From: Podarcis vaucheri
Lineage: Eukaryota
Assembly (NCBI GenBank): GCA_965113315.1
Contig: OZ220370.1
Length of the DNA stretch: 64,000 nt
Direction: 5' to 3' (one strand)
Below the pieces are notes generated by a model, which was not told the origin of the DNA, searched no databases, and worked only from the letters and a program-made list of their open reading frames with translations. The translations under genes were made by a program, and so were the position numbers. This document shows positions 35,087 through 49,376 of this stretch, piece after piece. Numbering within the stretch: the stretch's first letter is position 1; the number at the start of each line of letters is the position of its first letter.

Positions 35087-38000
35087 TCCGCCAGAACATT
35101 ACAGTACCTTGTATTGATTTTTCATATCCTGTGTTTGCTTTCAGTTTATTAATGGTCTCACATACAGGAAATCAAAGAATTATGACAGGGGTGGTGTGTG
35201 CCATTTTGCCAAGTCAGCATTTCTGGAGTAAATTCTGTTTTTATTGTATTTATGTCATAAAATCTCATGCCAGGACTGAACTTGGCATGCAGATGACTTA
35301 GAGGGTATTGTTTCCCCAGATTTAAACAAATCAATCTGACTGTTAGATACAGTTAAAAGAAAACCACAGAGATGAATTGATTTTCCATAGGAATCTATGC
35401 TATTCCCTTTTCAGTTCTTTGTTGGTTCATCTGAATGGCTGAGAGGTTAACTTTTGGAATACAGACAATTTTCAGCAAAGCTTCCCCCCTTCTATCCATG
35501 AAATAATAGAAGATGGCATAGAAATGATTTAGCTTGAGAATGTTTCTCTCTCTCTGTGACACACATACAAATAGGTGGAAACATTTATTTTTAGGTACTT
35601 CTCTCATGCACATATTTGATCAGTAATTATTTCATGATGTATTTCTCCAGTTTCTTCTGATTTGATACATTAAAATGGCTGACATCTTTTAAAATGCAAC
35701 TATCTTCAAAAAGCTTTTCCTGAGCCATATTTTAAATATGTAATTACCTGAAAGACTCACGCCGCTGCATTATTAAAATGATCTAAATACATATTTATGC
35801 AACAGACAATAATGGCTTCATTTTAAGAATTCCCTTTCACTTTATTTACATGACAGACAGTGTCCTATCATGTCAGCCTCTATAAACCTCATTTCTAGCC
35901 ATATGAAGCCATAACTCTCAGCTTCTGGGATTTTGTACTGCCTGGTACTGAATCTAAGATTACTGCCATTTATTCCCACATAGGAAGGTTTTAAACCTTT
36001 TAGATAAATAGGGAAAAATATATCCGGGGGTGGGGGTGAGGAGTTTGAAAGAAGAAGAAAAACCCAAGCCAAAATAACAGCCCTGAAAGGTTGTCTGTGT
36101 TGCCATGCCTATGATTCCCAGTAGCAGATGTTTGGGGCATTGAAATTCCCATCAGAACAGCTGCAGAAATGTAGAATCACATCTGGGTTTGTGACACGGC
36201 TGCATCATTACCCACTGACAGCAAAACAGCCAGATGCCTCTGATTCGTTTTAGAGACTGAGCTTAAAGTTTGGGCTTGTGAATATTCCTGCTTTACAACC
36301 CGCTACTTGCAGTTTGTGAAGCAATGGCAGGGCTGGGCAGCCAAGCTGATTTAGTAGTCCGAGGAAATGGTAAGAGCTTCCGACTATCAGCCTCTCTCTC
36401 CTGCACCACCAACACCCTGAAGCTACATTACTACCATTTGGCAATAAACAGGTGTCTACGACAATTCAGACAAAGAGCTACAGTGGCTGCCCTGAGTAGC
36501 GATTTCTCAAGCCCGGTAGAGAATAACAGTGTGAAGCAAGGGTGGCAGGCACCACTTGCAAACCATTTCTGCAGCCTCCAGGGTTCCTTTGAAACCCCAA
36601 TGCAACCACAGATGGTGAGAATAAACATATTGTTGCACCTGGCCCCAGACTAGAATGCAGACGTTTAAAACATAAACAGCACCCAGGAGAAGTAGTCGTT
36701 TCATACAGAATTCTTAAGAGTTCTAATTACTTGACCCAACATGACTGTCTATCCTAACTTTCACAACAGCATACAGTATAGGTTCACATGAGAAGCAGAT
36801 TAGTAGCCTAGTCTAGCATTACTGATAACAGCAATATTTAGATCCATTGGACAGTGATGCCGGAATTGTGCTCAGCTCTAGTTGCCCCATCTGTTATGTG
36901 GGATGGTTGGCTTTCCATGGGACCCGCAACCCTTTTCTCCGAGGGCTGGCAGTCAAGTCCATCTTGCTTTCTGAAAATTACTATAAGCAACCAGAAGAAA
37001 GGAAACGGAGCCTCTCCAGACTGTTTAACTCTGCTAGTTGTATGAAGATAATTTCAGGTGCACTGCTGGGACCCATTTAAAGTGGAATAAAGGCCACATT
37101 ATTCTGAACGTGTCAAGATAGTTTATTAGGGTGAATACACGAGTGCCTTCCTATTCCATCTCTTACACTTACATGCCTATCTTGCAAGGGGGCTCAGGAA
37201 TCCCCTGGGGGACAGTGACATAGAAGACTCAAGGATCCCCTGTTTCACATAAGACTTTTGAATGAGGAGAGGGAAAAAAGAATAGGAGGGATTTATGATC
37301 TATAGAACATAGGACCGGGGAGGGAGGAATAATAGGAAGCTGCCAAGTCAGACCAACAGTCCATCTAACTTAGTATTTATTGTCTGTAACAGCCTTCCTC
37401 AATCTGGTATCCTCCAGACATTTTGGACTAAACTCCCGTTATCCCCAACCATGGACCATACTTGTTGGGACTGCTGAGAATTGTAGTCCAAAACATCCAG
37501 GAGATACCATGTTGGGGAGGGCTGGTCTACACCAATCAACAGTAGCTCTCCGGGATTTCAGACAGCAGTCTTACCTGGTACCTTTTGCCTACGAGGAAAC
37601 AAACTTTCAGCCAGTGTTTCTGGAGGGAACACATGCATACATTGAGAGCTGAGTGGGCTATGATGGAAAGTGATGTAAACTGGGGAAGGAAGGGGTCTTG
37701 GGTGACACACCTATATGCTAATAAAACTATTCATTAGCACAGCTGAAAGAGATAAAATAAGCATCACTGGCTGTTGGAAGATTATTGGTAATCACAGTAA
37801 GACCAGAATTAGTTTTACCAGCAGTTTTCTTACAAGTTCCTCCTGGAATACAAATCCTTTCTGTTTCTATGCCATCAAATTTCTATGTTCTATCACTGGC
37901 ATCAGTAAAAGTAAAACGACAAAGTGGAAGGATTACTTAATAAAAAAAAGAAAGGTTAATTACAGTTTTGCTGTTTCTCTAGAGGATTTTTTTTGGGGGG

Positions 38001-39791
38001 GAAAGGAAATTTGTACTTGTATAAGAGAAACCACAAATATCTGAATGATTAGCCACCATAACATTTTCATTGAAACCTGCATAAAGAGTAGTTTAAAGCA
38101 ACATCTATCTAAAACAGAATAATATAGTTTAAACTTAAGAGGACAGGAGAAAAATCAATCACATTGCTTAAACATGAGGTCTACAAAACACTGTAAGACA
38201 GACTCAGGAGAATTTCTGCATTTCAACTATCTCTGTAGCCTTCCAGAAATGAAACTTGATAACAATTAATAATGTAATTAGTAATTAATTTATAAAATGC
38301 ACCCTCAAAGGCATTTTGGGTTATTTACTAAAGATAAATAATGCTCCCATTAAAAGGACCAGAAAAGGAATAGCATGCGAAGATTGGGAAAAGGAAGATG
38401 GTAGAGGCTGGTACTGCAGGAAGAGGAGAAGTGACCTAGTATTAAATTATAGGATGAGATTTTACCCTGCAATGCTATCCTTGTTTATTAAGAACTAAGC
38501 CTCATCAATATCAGTGGGACTTACTCCCAAATAAGCGTGTATGGGATTGCAGACTAAAGGTTGTAGTCAATGTTTGTCAGACCCATTTAAATTATTAGAG
38601 ATCACTAATTTGGTTCATTAATTTCAGTGGGTCTGTCCTAACAGAATTTTCTTTGGCATAAGCCTAAATTTATTCTATGTCAGCCTCAATACTTTGTGAC
38701 TGGGAAAATGCAACTTCCCATCTAGTCAACAGTTTAAAGCATGACAAGCATGTTATGGTCACCCCACTTCCCCTAGCAGCATTTGGAAGGGGGAAGTTAG
38801 AGGCTTAATGGCATTTTGTAATATTTGTTTATTTACATACAGGTTAAACATAGGTGGTGGCACAACTTAACATCCCAACAGGCAGTCAGATCTGTTGGCC
38901 CACATCAGATCTTCAGGCATTATAGGCTACAGCCTCTCCTTCATTCTTTGTCAGAGATATTGCCCAGATATTACAGTATCCTTAGCTGGGTGTGTGGGAG
39001 GCAAATCAGCTACTGTATTACCAAAGCTTCCTGAAGGCCCAGATGTCAATAGCAACCTTCCTAACAAAAGATGTACCTGGCAACTCTGTCATGGGATTAT
39101 AAAAAAACAACAACTGGCCATTATTTTGGAGAAAAGAAAGGGGAACATAATCCCAGATGTGTGAAGTATGTATGAAGTCTGAGTGCCACTTGCTGGGGAT
39201 TGTGTCCTGCTTGTGGGCGTCTGATAGGCATATGGTTGGTCACTGTGAGAAAAGAGTGATGATCTTGATTGGTCTTTGGTCTGATCCAGCAGGGCTCTGA
39301 TATTAGATCATGGAAGGAAGGTCATGGGCTGGAAGGAAGATATGAGGGTGTGAGAAAACCTCACAAAAACAGCCAGGAAGTAATCTAAGGCTAATGAAGC
39401 TTACATGACTCTTAAGTATGCAAAAGCTTAATGTGTGTTATGAAAACTCACAGTAATTGTGAGCATTAGCAGCATTTGAGCTTGGTGGAAAGAGTTGTTT
39501 ATTTTCCCCCTGCAGATATAAGAAAAAAATAATAATTTTGCACTTAAGGTACCGTCTTTTCACATTCTTGGCCAATGGGGATGGAGGGCAGGTATGTGTT
39601 TGCAAAATCTCCATATACCTCTTGATAATTATGTTAACTGGGTGGTGCTGTAGACAATGCAAGATGTAACATTTAATTAGACCATTCTTGTTCACTACTC
39701 TGTACTTCAACGAGAAAATGAAACATTCTTTGGACAACCATTTTGTTTTGTAAGTGCCACAAACTATATGTTGAATGTTATGAATATAAAA

Positions 39792-40141
39792 GGGACGCAA
39801 GATGGCGCTGTGGGTTAAACCACAGAGCCTAGGACTTTCAGATCAGAAGGTCAGCGGTTCGAATCCCCGCGATGGGGTAAGCTCCCGTTGCTCGGTCCCT
39901 GCTCCTGCCAACCTAGCAGTTCGAAAGCATGTCAAAGTGCAAGTAGATAAATAGGTACCGCTTCGGCGGGAAGGTAAACGGCATTTCCGTGCGCTGCTCT
40001 GGTTCGCCAGAAGCGCCTTGGTCATGCTGGCCACATGACCCAGAAGCTGTACGCCGGCTCCCTTGGCCAATAAAGCGAGATGAAAGCCGCAACCCCAGAG
40101 TCGGTCACAACTGGACCTAATGGTCAGGGGTCCATTTACCA
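39792..40141 (+). mobile_element. Sauria (Squam1) SINE, full length, 14-bp TSD
   Basis: A and B boxes and Sauria body; TTATGAATATAAAA at 39778-39791 and 40142-40155. Confidence 0.93.
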
Positions 40142-43100
40142 TTATGAATATAAAAACATGCTGTCTTCTCCTCCAATACTTTTGTGAGCAGTGTTGCTAT
40201 CTTTCCTTATGGCGGGCTTTCTCGCTTTCTTGACTTATGGTCATTGCAGTGCATGCCAAATGGGCAGCACTTAAGTTGCAGCACTACTTTAATTTCTTGA
40301 CACTGTTCCATAAACATGGTTTTCAGTGATTGAGAGAACCATCCAAAGAATGGGAAACCCCCAGATATTCTGCTGTTCCGACAGTGTAAATTCTGCTGCA
40401 CCCAAACGGGGTGGTGGGGTATGTGTGGCAATACAGGGCAAAGGAAACAAATTGCAGCAAGAGTGCATCCAGAGTAGCCAATCCAGAAACAGCTCCCAGC
40501 ATGCATGGCTGCACCACCGGGCCAGTGAGGCACTCATATGCGCAGGAGACACACCTCAGTCTCATCAAGCTAGCCCCTCTCAGTGTCACACCATGTCATT
40601 CCACCCCATTCAACACACTCCAACCACACCCTGGAACCACAAGCCAGCAGAGAGATCAATGCAAGACAACAACAAAGAGAAACAAAGCCGCAAGGGGCAT
40701 GGAGGCAAGGCCCTGTGAGGTGAGCCACACATAAGCCAAGGTGCAGCAGGCAACATGACAGCAGGCCAGACTGGACTTGCAGAGATCAGAGTGCAGGTGC
40801 AAGTGGCAGGGCTCTTACAGCACACTGGGCTCAGGCAGAAGTACCATAAGGCTGCCCAGATGCCTTCCAGCCACATACAAGGATTTAACGAAGTCCCATT
40901 CATTTCAACGGACCTCCTCTAAGTATGACTTAATCTGGATCTATTTTATGATTGGCAATTTTACATTATGATTTTTTTACTGTACTACTTCAGAGGAAAG
41001 TGTTAAATATTTCAGTGCCCTCGTTTTTGAAAACAACTGCCACCAAACCTAAACTCTCTATTTAAGAGAATAATGGAACATTCTTCCTGACAACTTTGCA
41101 TTTCTATCCAGGAAACCCCCCACCCACCCAAAAAAAACCCAGCAACAACTGGAGGGCAATTTCAGTCCCACTCCTGCCATCTGGAGTGGCATTGTCCAAC
41201 AATGGGTATATCATATGGGCTGCCTATATCTGGACGAGCAGTTTTTGCTCTGGGGCTTCAGTTAATTTATACTTGAGAGTAAAACATCCATTCAAACACC
41301 TGCCAGTATAACACTACACAGAATCCCATGCATTCTCTCACAGTGTATATTATTGTTTGGATATCAGGAGCTCCAAGGGATTCTCCTTACTGGTTGCAAT
41401 GTCTTTTTTTCATTGCACAATGACGCAAGAAGAAGGGACACTGGGGATAAGAAGGCAGGAGGACAAATGATTGCAATTTAGTTGAAAGTAAGAAAAGAAG
41501 CAGAGGATATAGGAAAGAGGTATTTCTGGCAACTGTTATAAGGAGAACAAAAAACGTGGGGAAACAGCTGTGACGCCAGCAGTAAAGGTAACTTTTTACT
41601 ACAGCTACAGAGAATATTTATAATAATTTCATTATTATAATAAAAATCTAGACTGGGCTCCCTCGCAATTAGTTATACACTTGCCATTGCCACTGTGTTG
41701 CATATAATATTAGTTATACTCAGGGCAGACTCATCAAAATTAACGGACCTAAAGTCAGTCATGTTCATTAATTTTAATAGGCCAACTCTGAGAATAACTA
41801 ACATTGGATACAACCCCATTGTTTGTTTGTTTTTAAAAAGCAAATGAGACACATAAATTAAACTACATAAGAGGCTGGCAGTTGTTAACTACTTCTGTGA
41901 TCCGAAGTTGGCCGAGGTTCCCTTTTGGTACTTCCTAGCATCCCTTGAAGGAGAGAACCTGTGACCCTCCATATATTCTGCAACTCAAACTCCCATCAGT
42001 CCCAGCCAGCACTGTTAAGGGTCAGAGACAGGGACAGCCTGTGCCATCTCACCACTTGAGGTGAAACAAAAAGGTACTGCCCTACCACCCACCACAGAAC
42101 CCATTACTTGGGTTGTGCAGTAACACCTGCAAAGCAGCAATGGCGACAGCAGGTTCCAGCGAGATCTTGCAGAGTGCACAACATCTTGCTGGAAGCTACT
42201 GCCGCTTCTCTGCTGGTCAGGGATGATGGGAAATGCAAGCCAATGACTTATGGAGGGTCACAGGTTCCCCAGCCCTGGTTCCTTGTAACTTAAGTCAGCT
42301 AGCAAACCCAGAAGCAGGCTAAGGCTCAATCATTTAAAGTAGTATCATACCACTTGAAACAGTCAAGGCTCCCCCCCCCAAAAAAAAAAATTATAATCCT
42401 GGGATCTGTATTATGTTAAGGGTGCTGAGAGTTGTTATGAGATCCCAGTCACCATCACAGAGCTCCAATTCTCAGAGTTCTTCAACAATAAAGGCCTCTT
42501 CCCAGGGAACTCTGGGGCTGTTTCTACATTACTAATATGCGAGAGCAATTATTTTTTTAAGTTTGCCAGCTCTGCTATTTTCTTTAATGCTCTGCGCATG
42601 TCCATTTTCATATTTTAAAGGCACATGAATCATAGCACCATCATGACTACCAGAATAACATGGGGTTCACTTCTTATACATGTATACACATATATAATTT
42701 TGTTTTCGAAAAGGAGAATAAAAGGAGAGTACATTTGAAAAATAAAAGTAATAAAATTAGCTCCTGTAGCCTTGGCTCCCCCACCCCCATTTTTTAAAAT
42801 TGTAAGAAAATATGCCACAGCAAAAACCACCCCCCTCCACCTAAGTGGGAACAGAAGGGAAGGGTACAAATGTTGTAAAATAAACGCCTTATGTGTACAG
42901 TACTGGTTTAAGTGTCAACTTTTGATTAATATGTGACTTGTAAACCTGGTTGATGAGTCAGGGACATAATGTCTGGCTCTCTATACAAACACAAGGAGGA
43001 TATTCCCCTAAATTGCCTAATAATGTATTTGTTCTCTTAAATCCTGATAATTAAAGTGTGGGACAAAGGCTGACACAAAGGGTGTCACAACAACTATCAC

Positions 43101-44396
43101 AGCTATGGATGAGTGGCTTTGCTGTGGCATTCAGGCCACTAAGCTAATTTATGAATTGGTCCCCAGCACCTATTTTAGGAGGTTCTACCATTAGCACTAA
43201 GCAATTTGGAGTTGGAAGACTAATTAGAACAGAATTAGTTGGGGCTGCATGAGCAATTTGCAGTATTTGCTGGTATAAAAACATAGATGTTGGCAGTACA
43301 AGCAGAAACTGACCTGTACTGAAAGTTCTTAAAAGTAACTTTTTAGGTGGAATTGAGCAGGTGGGAAGGTGGCTAGGAAGGTTTCCTGAAATCGTGCTCC
43401 CTGAGCTCACCTTTTTTGTTTCCCCATCTGCTGTTCATATACTCCTAATGGCAACCAAAATAACCTTCCCTGCAGTTGCTGGGCTCCATTTTTGCTGCTG
43501 CTGTTCTTTGTTACAAACTTCCTCCAGTTCCTATCCAGACAGGAAGGAAGAACTGCTACTTGCTCCTGCTGTCACTCTGGGAGTTTCTCCCTTAAGCCTA
43601 ATCAGAGTAAGGGCAGGAACTGGAAGCACTGCTCCCATCTTCTCTCAGTGGGAACGGAAGGAGATTTTCAAAAACAAATAAAACCAAAACCGAGCATCGG
43701 TGAGGTATGAACCCTACCACCAACAAATGGGATGAACACCCTGCTTCCATTTGCATCATCCCAAATCACTAAAATGCCACTCAACTTCAAAGCCAGTGAA
43801 TGAAGTGGTGAAACTGGGAAGCATTTGTTTTGGCTCAGCTTCAGACATACCTAGTTTCAAGTGCTTGGCTGGGTCAAATTCAGTGGCCTTGTGTACAACT
43901 GATGAGCAAAGGAGTTGCTACTTCTATTGAGTCATGAGAAATCATTTTCTTAATCAGGTATTCTCAGAGCACCTCTCCCTTGTGCTGTTAACATTTTTGC
44001 GTCAATTTTTTTATTAACTGATTAACCAGTTAATAAAAAAGAAGCACGAAACAAATGATTGGTATTTGATACCCTAATTAAAATGCTCAGTCTCATATGC
44101 ATGCAGAAAGATTAATTTCTCCCCATTATTTCCAATTCACATTAATTTTGTCTCTTACATAAAATTCAAATCTAATTGTCCACTCACCTTTGTTTTTCAT
44201 TCTACTGACATTAGGACCATTTCCACCAAGGAAAGCAGGCATTTCATGTAGTGCTTGTAGGGATAAGGAGCTTTTTCGGCCAGAGGGCCACATTCCCTTC
44301 TGGGGGCCACATGTCACTGGTGGGTGGGACCAAAGGCAAAGGTGGGCAGGGCCAGAGTAAAAAGTTTGGGGTGATGAGTGTTCAGACCCCTGAACA

Positions 44397-45764
44397 CTTG
44401 TGGGGTGCCTCAGGTCTCCATCCTCTCCCCCATGCTTTTCAACATCTATATGAAGCCACTGGGAGAGATCTTCAGGGGGTTTGGGCTAGGTGTTCACCAG
44501 TATGCAGATAATAACCAGCTCTACCTCTCCTTCAAATCAGAACCAGTGAAGGTCCTGTGTGAGTGTCTGGAGGCGGTTGGAGGATGGATGGTGGCCAACA
44601 GATTGAGGTTGAGTCCTAACAAGACAGAAGTACTGTTCTTGGGGGACAGGGGATGGGCTGGTGTGGGGGACTCCCTGGTCCTGAATGGGGTAACTGTGCC
44701 CCTGAAGGAGCAGGTGCGCAGCCTGGGAGTCATTTTGGACTCATTGCTGTCCATGGAGGCACAGGTCAATTCTATCCAGGGCAGCTGTCTACCAGCTTCA
44801 TCTGGTATGCAGGCTGAGACCCTACTTGCCCACAGACTGTCTCGCCAGAATGTTGTAAAGGTAAAGGTAAAGGTACCCCTGCCCGAACAGGCCAGTCTTG
44901 ACAGACTCTGGGGTTTGTGCGCCCATCTCACATCTATTGGCCGGGGGCCAGCGCTGTCCGAAGACACTTCCGGGTCACGTGGCCAGCGTGGCAAAGCTGC
45001 ATCTGGCGAGCCAGCGCAGCACACGGAACGCCGTTTACCTTCCCGCTGGTAAGCGGTACCTATTTATCTACTTGCACCCGGGGGTGCTTTCGAACTGCTA
45101 GGTTGGCAGGCGCTGGGACCGAACGACGGGAGCGCACCCCGCCGTGGGGATTCGAACTGCCGACCTTTCGATCGGCAAGCCCTAGGCGCTGAGGCTTTAA
45201 CCCACAGCGCCACCTGCGTCCCGTTGTAAAGGTAAAGGTAAAGGTACCCCTGCCCGAACGGGCCAGTCTTGACAGACTCTGGGGTTTGTGCGCCCATCTC
45301 ACATCTATTGGCCGGGGGCCAGCGCTGTCCGAAGACACTTCCGGGTCACGTGGCCAGCGTGGCAAAGCTGCATCTGGCGAGCCAGCGCAGCACACGGAAC
45401 GCCGTTTACCCTCCCGCTGAGACCCTACTTGCCCACAGACTGTCTCGCCAGAATGTTGTATGCTCTGGTTATTTCCCGCTTGGGTTACTACAATGCCCTC
45501 TGCGTGGGGCTACCTTTGAAGGTGATTCAGAAACTACAAGTAATCCAGAATGCGACAGCTAGGCTGGGGACTGAGAGTGGCCGCTGGGACCATATAACAC
45601 CAGTCCTAAAGGGTAAAGGTAAAGACATCTGAAGGTAGCCTTGTATCGGGAAGTTTTTAATGTTTGATATTTTACTATGTTTTATATATGCTGCAAGCTG
45701 CCCAGAGTGGGGAAACCCAGCCAGATGGGTGGCGTATAACAACAACAACAACAACAACAACAAC
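44397..45764 (+). mobile_element. L2-clade LINE RT-to-3'-end fragment interrupted by SINEs
   Basis: GVPQVSILSPMLFNIYM, QYADNNQLY, NKTEVL, RSLGVILD and LQVIQNATARL..HITPVLK; ends in an (AAC)n tail. Confidence 0.9.
44858..45415 (-). mobile_element. Tandem Sauria SINEs (full copy 44858-45222 plus 5'-truncated copy 45229-45415)
   Basis: Two near-identical copies separated by GTTGTA and flanked by a 45-bp duplication (44813-44857, 45416-45460). Confidence 0.92.
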
Positions 45765-47199
45765 GCTGGAGGAGTGACAACAGTAATTCCTACTTTGGTA
45801 CAGTAAGCTATATTCCAGCCGCATAAAAGCCAGAACATTGCCCACCCAGGCAAGCAAAAAGTAACACCACAGCTTCAAGCACACACTTCAGCTAAACAAA
45901 AGCACTTGAGGAGGGACGGGAAATGGAAAGATGTGGAGTTGGGAGGTGTCTGGACAGAGTCCCAAGGGCCAAAAAGAGAGGTCTGGAGGGCCACACTCCG
46001 CTTGAGGTTCCCCACCCTTGATACAGACAGTCACATCTCCTATTCGCACACTCAGACTTTCACTACATGCGCTGGCAAGCTAAGAACCTTTCAGTGACAA
46101 GAATGTCTGTACTTATTGGCAAAATAAGTGCCCCGAGACCATGATACAGGGCAGGCTAAAAGCACAAGTAGAAATAGTTTGTTCTGGATCCCTGCAAATC
46201 GACCAAGCCCAAGTTTAAATTGAAGAACTCCATATTAAATATTGCACTTATTTTTCATTTAAACGGCAATCTATGAGACGTGCCAAGGAAGAAAAGTACT
46301 CTTGTTAGAACTCTGAAGGGCTTTTGTGTTGCATTAGCATGCTTAACTCCCCTTAGAATAATAATATAAAAATGGCATATGCAGCACAGAATGAGTGTTT
46401 TTAATAACTTTCCTAAATGTTCAATTAACAACCATGTATCACACAAATTGGATGCTGAAACTACAGAGGTGTTTTCAGCTGCTCTGTAAAGCTCAGGACA
46501 AAACGGTTGTACTGGATCAACATCCAGAATATTCATAGCAACTGAACTTTTTAAAAGGTTTTTTCCTGCTACCTCTCAGAGAGCCAAACTCGCCTAGTAG
46601 CAAAAGGTGCAAATTTATGATGCAAATTTAAACTAAAAGAGTTGTAAAATTTAGAAAGGTGGTGAAGGTCATTTGTCCTTCACCTAATTCATTGCATCCA
46701 TACCCAACATGCCTTGCAGATTAGTCCATTTTAATAGGTGAACATGAATTTATTGATAACCAAAAGTCGAGGAGCCAAACCAGGTATTATGTTAATTGTG
46801 TGATCCCTTACGTGGTACATATATGATATATATGTCAAAGCAAAGCAAAGGCTTTCCCCCCAAGTCAAGGGATATATAAATCTTCCAAAATAAATAAAAT
46901 GAAATATATATATATTTTTAAATGCAATAAATGTGGACTTTCTGTAACACATTTGATGTTTTGTTTTCCACTAGTTGTTCATTTCTCCTAATCTTATGCA
47001 GAGATCCTGTACTGGAGCCTGGAGACTCCTGGGAGTCAGCTATACAGCTGCAAATAAAATGTTTTAAGTGAAATATACAATGTGACACTAGATGGTGATG
47101 GTGAGCCTTATGGAAAATTAAATGTATTTTTAAAAACACTTTAAAAAAAAAGCATTTTCACAACGTTTTTTTAATGTGTGTGTAGATTCCACCCAGATC

Positions 47200-47473
47200 A
47201 GAACACAAGAAGAGCCTGCTGGATCAGGCCAATGGCCCATCTAGTAAAGCCCCCTGTTTATCTAGGTCACATGCACACCCCAGGGTTCTTTGGGGGAAGC
47301 CACAGTGGCCAGCCAGACACCTATGGGAAGCCTGAAAGCAGGACCTGAGTGCAGTGGTGCTCTCCTCACTTGTGCTTCCCAGCAATGACCATTCAGAGTC
47401 ATACTGCCTCTCATAGCGGATGCAGAAAATAGCTATCATGGCTTGGAGCTATTGATGGCCTCATCCTCCATGA
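47200..47473 (-). mobile_element. CR1-type LINE 3' fragment
   Basis: AGAACACAAGAAGAGCCTGCTGGATCAGGCCAATGGCCCATCTAGT. Related pieces near 33557-33727 and 39190-39300. Confidence 0.65.
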
Positions 47474-48114
47474 TAAGGGAACAGGTGCTATTCCATGTTT
47501 CCTGCCAAAAGAAACCAGATGATGATGATAGCTATCCAAGCCAATGCCTGCTTGACTGTTTACGTCAGTGCTGGTGTCTGTTAGCAAAGATTCACCAATG
47601 AATATTCAGCGCCACTCACTCTTCCTTTGGGTGGAACCATAGTTCAGTGGTAAAGCACATGCTTGGCATCTAAAAGGACCGAAGACTCAGTCCCTCTCTA
47701 GCATCTCCAGCTCCGAGACATTGACCCGCCAGACACATTAGAAGGCAACGTGGACAAATAGTCTGGTGTGAAGGCAACTTACTTCCTCTCCACACTATTC
47801 TTGGCTTGTGTGCAAAAGGAGACCTTCACTGTGTGTTCTCAAGATGTGTTCAGGCTAGCAGTGGCGACAGGAGTCTCTCCTTTTCATACCTGGAAACCAT
47901 CCATTGTGTATTTTCAGCCTGATCCTATTGTGGTTATAGGTGCATATTTCTCTGTCACCCTATTATCCCCATGGTCTCAGCAAGATTGTTTTGGAGAGTT
48001 ACTGCATCTGGGGCAAGAGTTTTACGGTTGTGGCCCCAAACGGCATCTGCTGCAGATCTGCCTATTTCAGGTACTGTCATTAATCTGGCAGGAATTTTGG
48101 TTTGGGACAGAAAT

Positions 48115-48455
48115 ATTATTTATTAAATTTATATACTGTACCGCCCTTCATCAAGAGGTGTCAGGGTGGTTCACAGAATAAAATACAAGATAAACACACT
48201 AAATAATTAAACCAAAACAACAAAACAAAAACATCCTCCATTCCCACAGATATATTTAAAAGGCTGTAGGATATTAATCAGCCTGGTTGAAGAGGTACGT
48301 TTTCGTCTGACGCCCAAAATATATATAATGAAGGCGCCAGACAAATCTTCCTGGGCAGAGCATTCCACAAATGGGGAGCCACTACGAAAATGGCCTGTTC
48401 TCTTGTTGCCACCCTCCAGATCTCACATGAAGAAGGGCCTCAGATGATGATTAAA
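48115..48455 (-). mobile_element. L2-clade LINE 3' fragment
   Basis: GGCAGAGCATTCCACA..GGAGCCACTAC.AAAA.GGCCTG is the WNALP region on the minus strand; same family as 2925-3140. Confidence 0.7.
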
Positions 48456-49376
48456 GAGAGGATCACATTCTCACCTGCCCTGTCGATAACCACAGCCCCA
48501 CTCCTTGTCTTCATTCAGTGGCCAGTTCAAATGTGTTAATGTCTGTATGCTTCAACAAAGGCTCCTTCAATTAAAAAAACACACCCTATATAACAAAAGG
48601 CACTGCACCACACGTTGCCACTTGTTATACTAACAGAACATCCCTGTACACCTGTAAAGTGTGTCTACAGATTTGATGACGTGGGCTTGAAGCAGTGGTA
48701 TTTTTCATTCCCTCCATCTAGACCAAGTGGAAACAGTGCGAGCAGCTATCTTCCAGGGGAGTAAATGGAAAAGGAAGAGGGTTTACTGAAATGGACTGTG
48801 GAAATTAATAAAAGTGCCCCAGTGCAGTTGACAAAATGAAAATGATAAGGTGAGGGTACCATCTAGTGGATAAACAGTAAAATGATTCCTATGGCATTTA
48901 ACCTGTCTAGTGAGCTTGGCAAGCAAGTTGGGATGTTGCTCTGCCATGGAATGGCAAGTCAGTTTAGGATATAACATGCAAGCATCATGTATGACTTCCA
49001 TGCATGTGAGCTGAAATCCTTGGGACTTCTTCACTTGCATAGACAATGCTTGTCTATGTTCCCCTCCCCTGCCATTTGCAATTTTACAATTATGCATATG
49101 CATTCTGGGGTTCTTGTAGCTGGATTGATTTTGTTTGTAAATTAGTGTTTTTCAGGGAGTAGTAAGGGCACATAAGCAAATGCAGAAAAGAGGCGAGTGC
49201 ATGACTATGTTGCTAGAGGTGTGGAACAGGTATCATCGAGTGGGTGAGGACTGGTATACAGATTAATGATGGTACAGAATAGTAGTGGGGAACCTCCAAT
49301 CTGTGGGTCTAATGCCAGGCTTCAGGGTTTGGCCTGCCAGACTGTTTTGGGCAAACACATCATCTTTCCTGATGAT

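Noticed and set aside
44378-45052. 224-aa ORF as a host gene
   Set aside because: A decayed L2 RT (YADNN instead of YADD) fused to SINE sequence.
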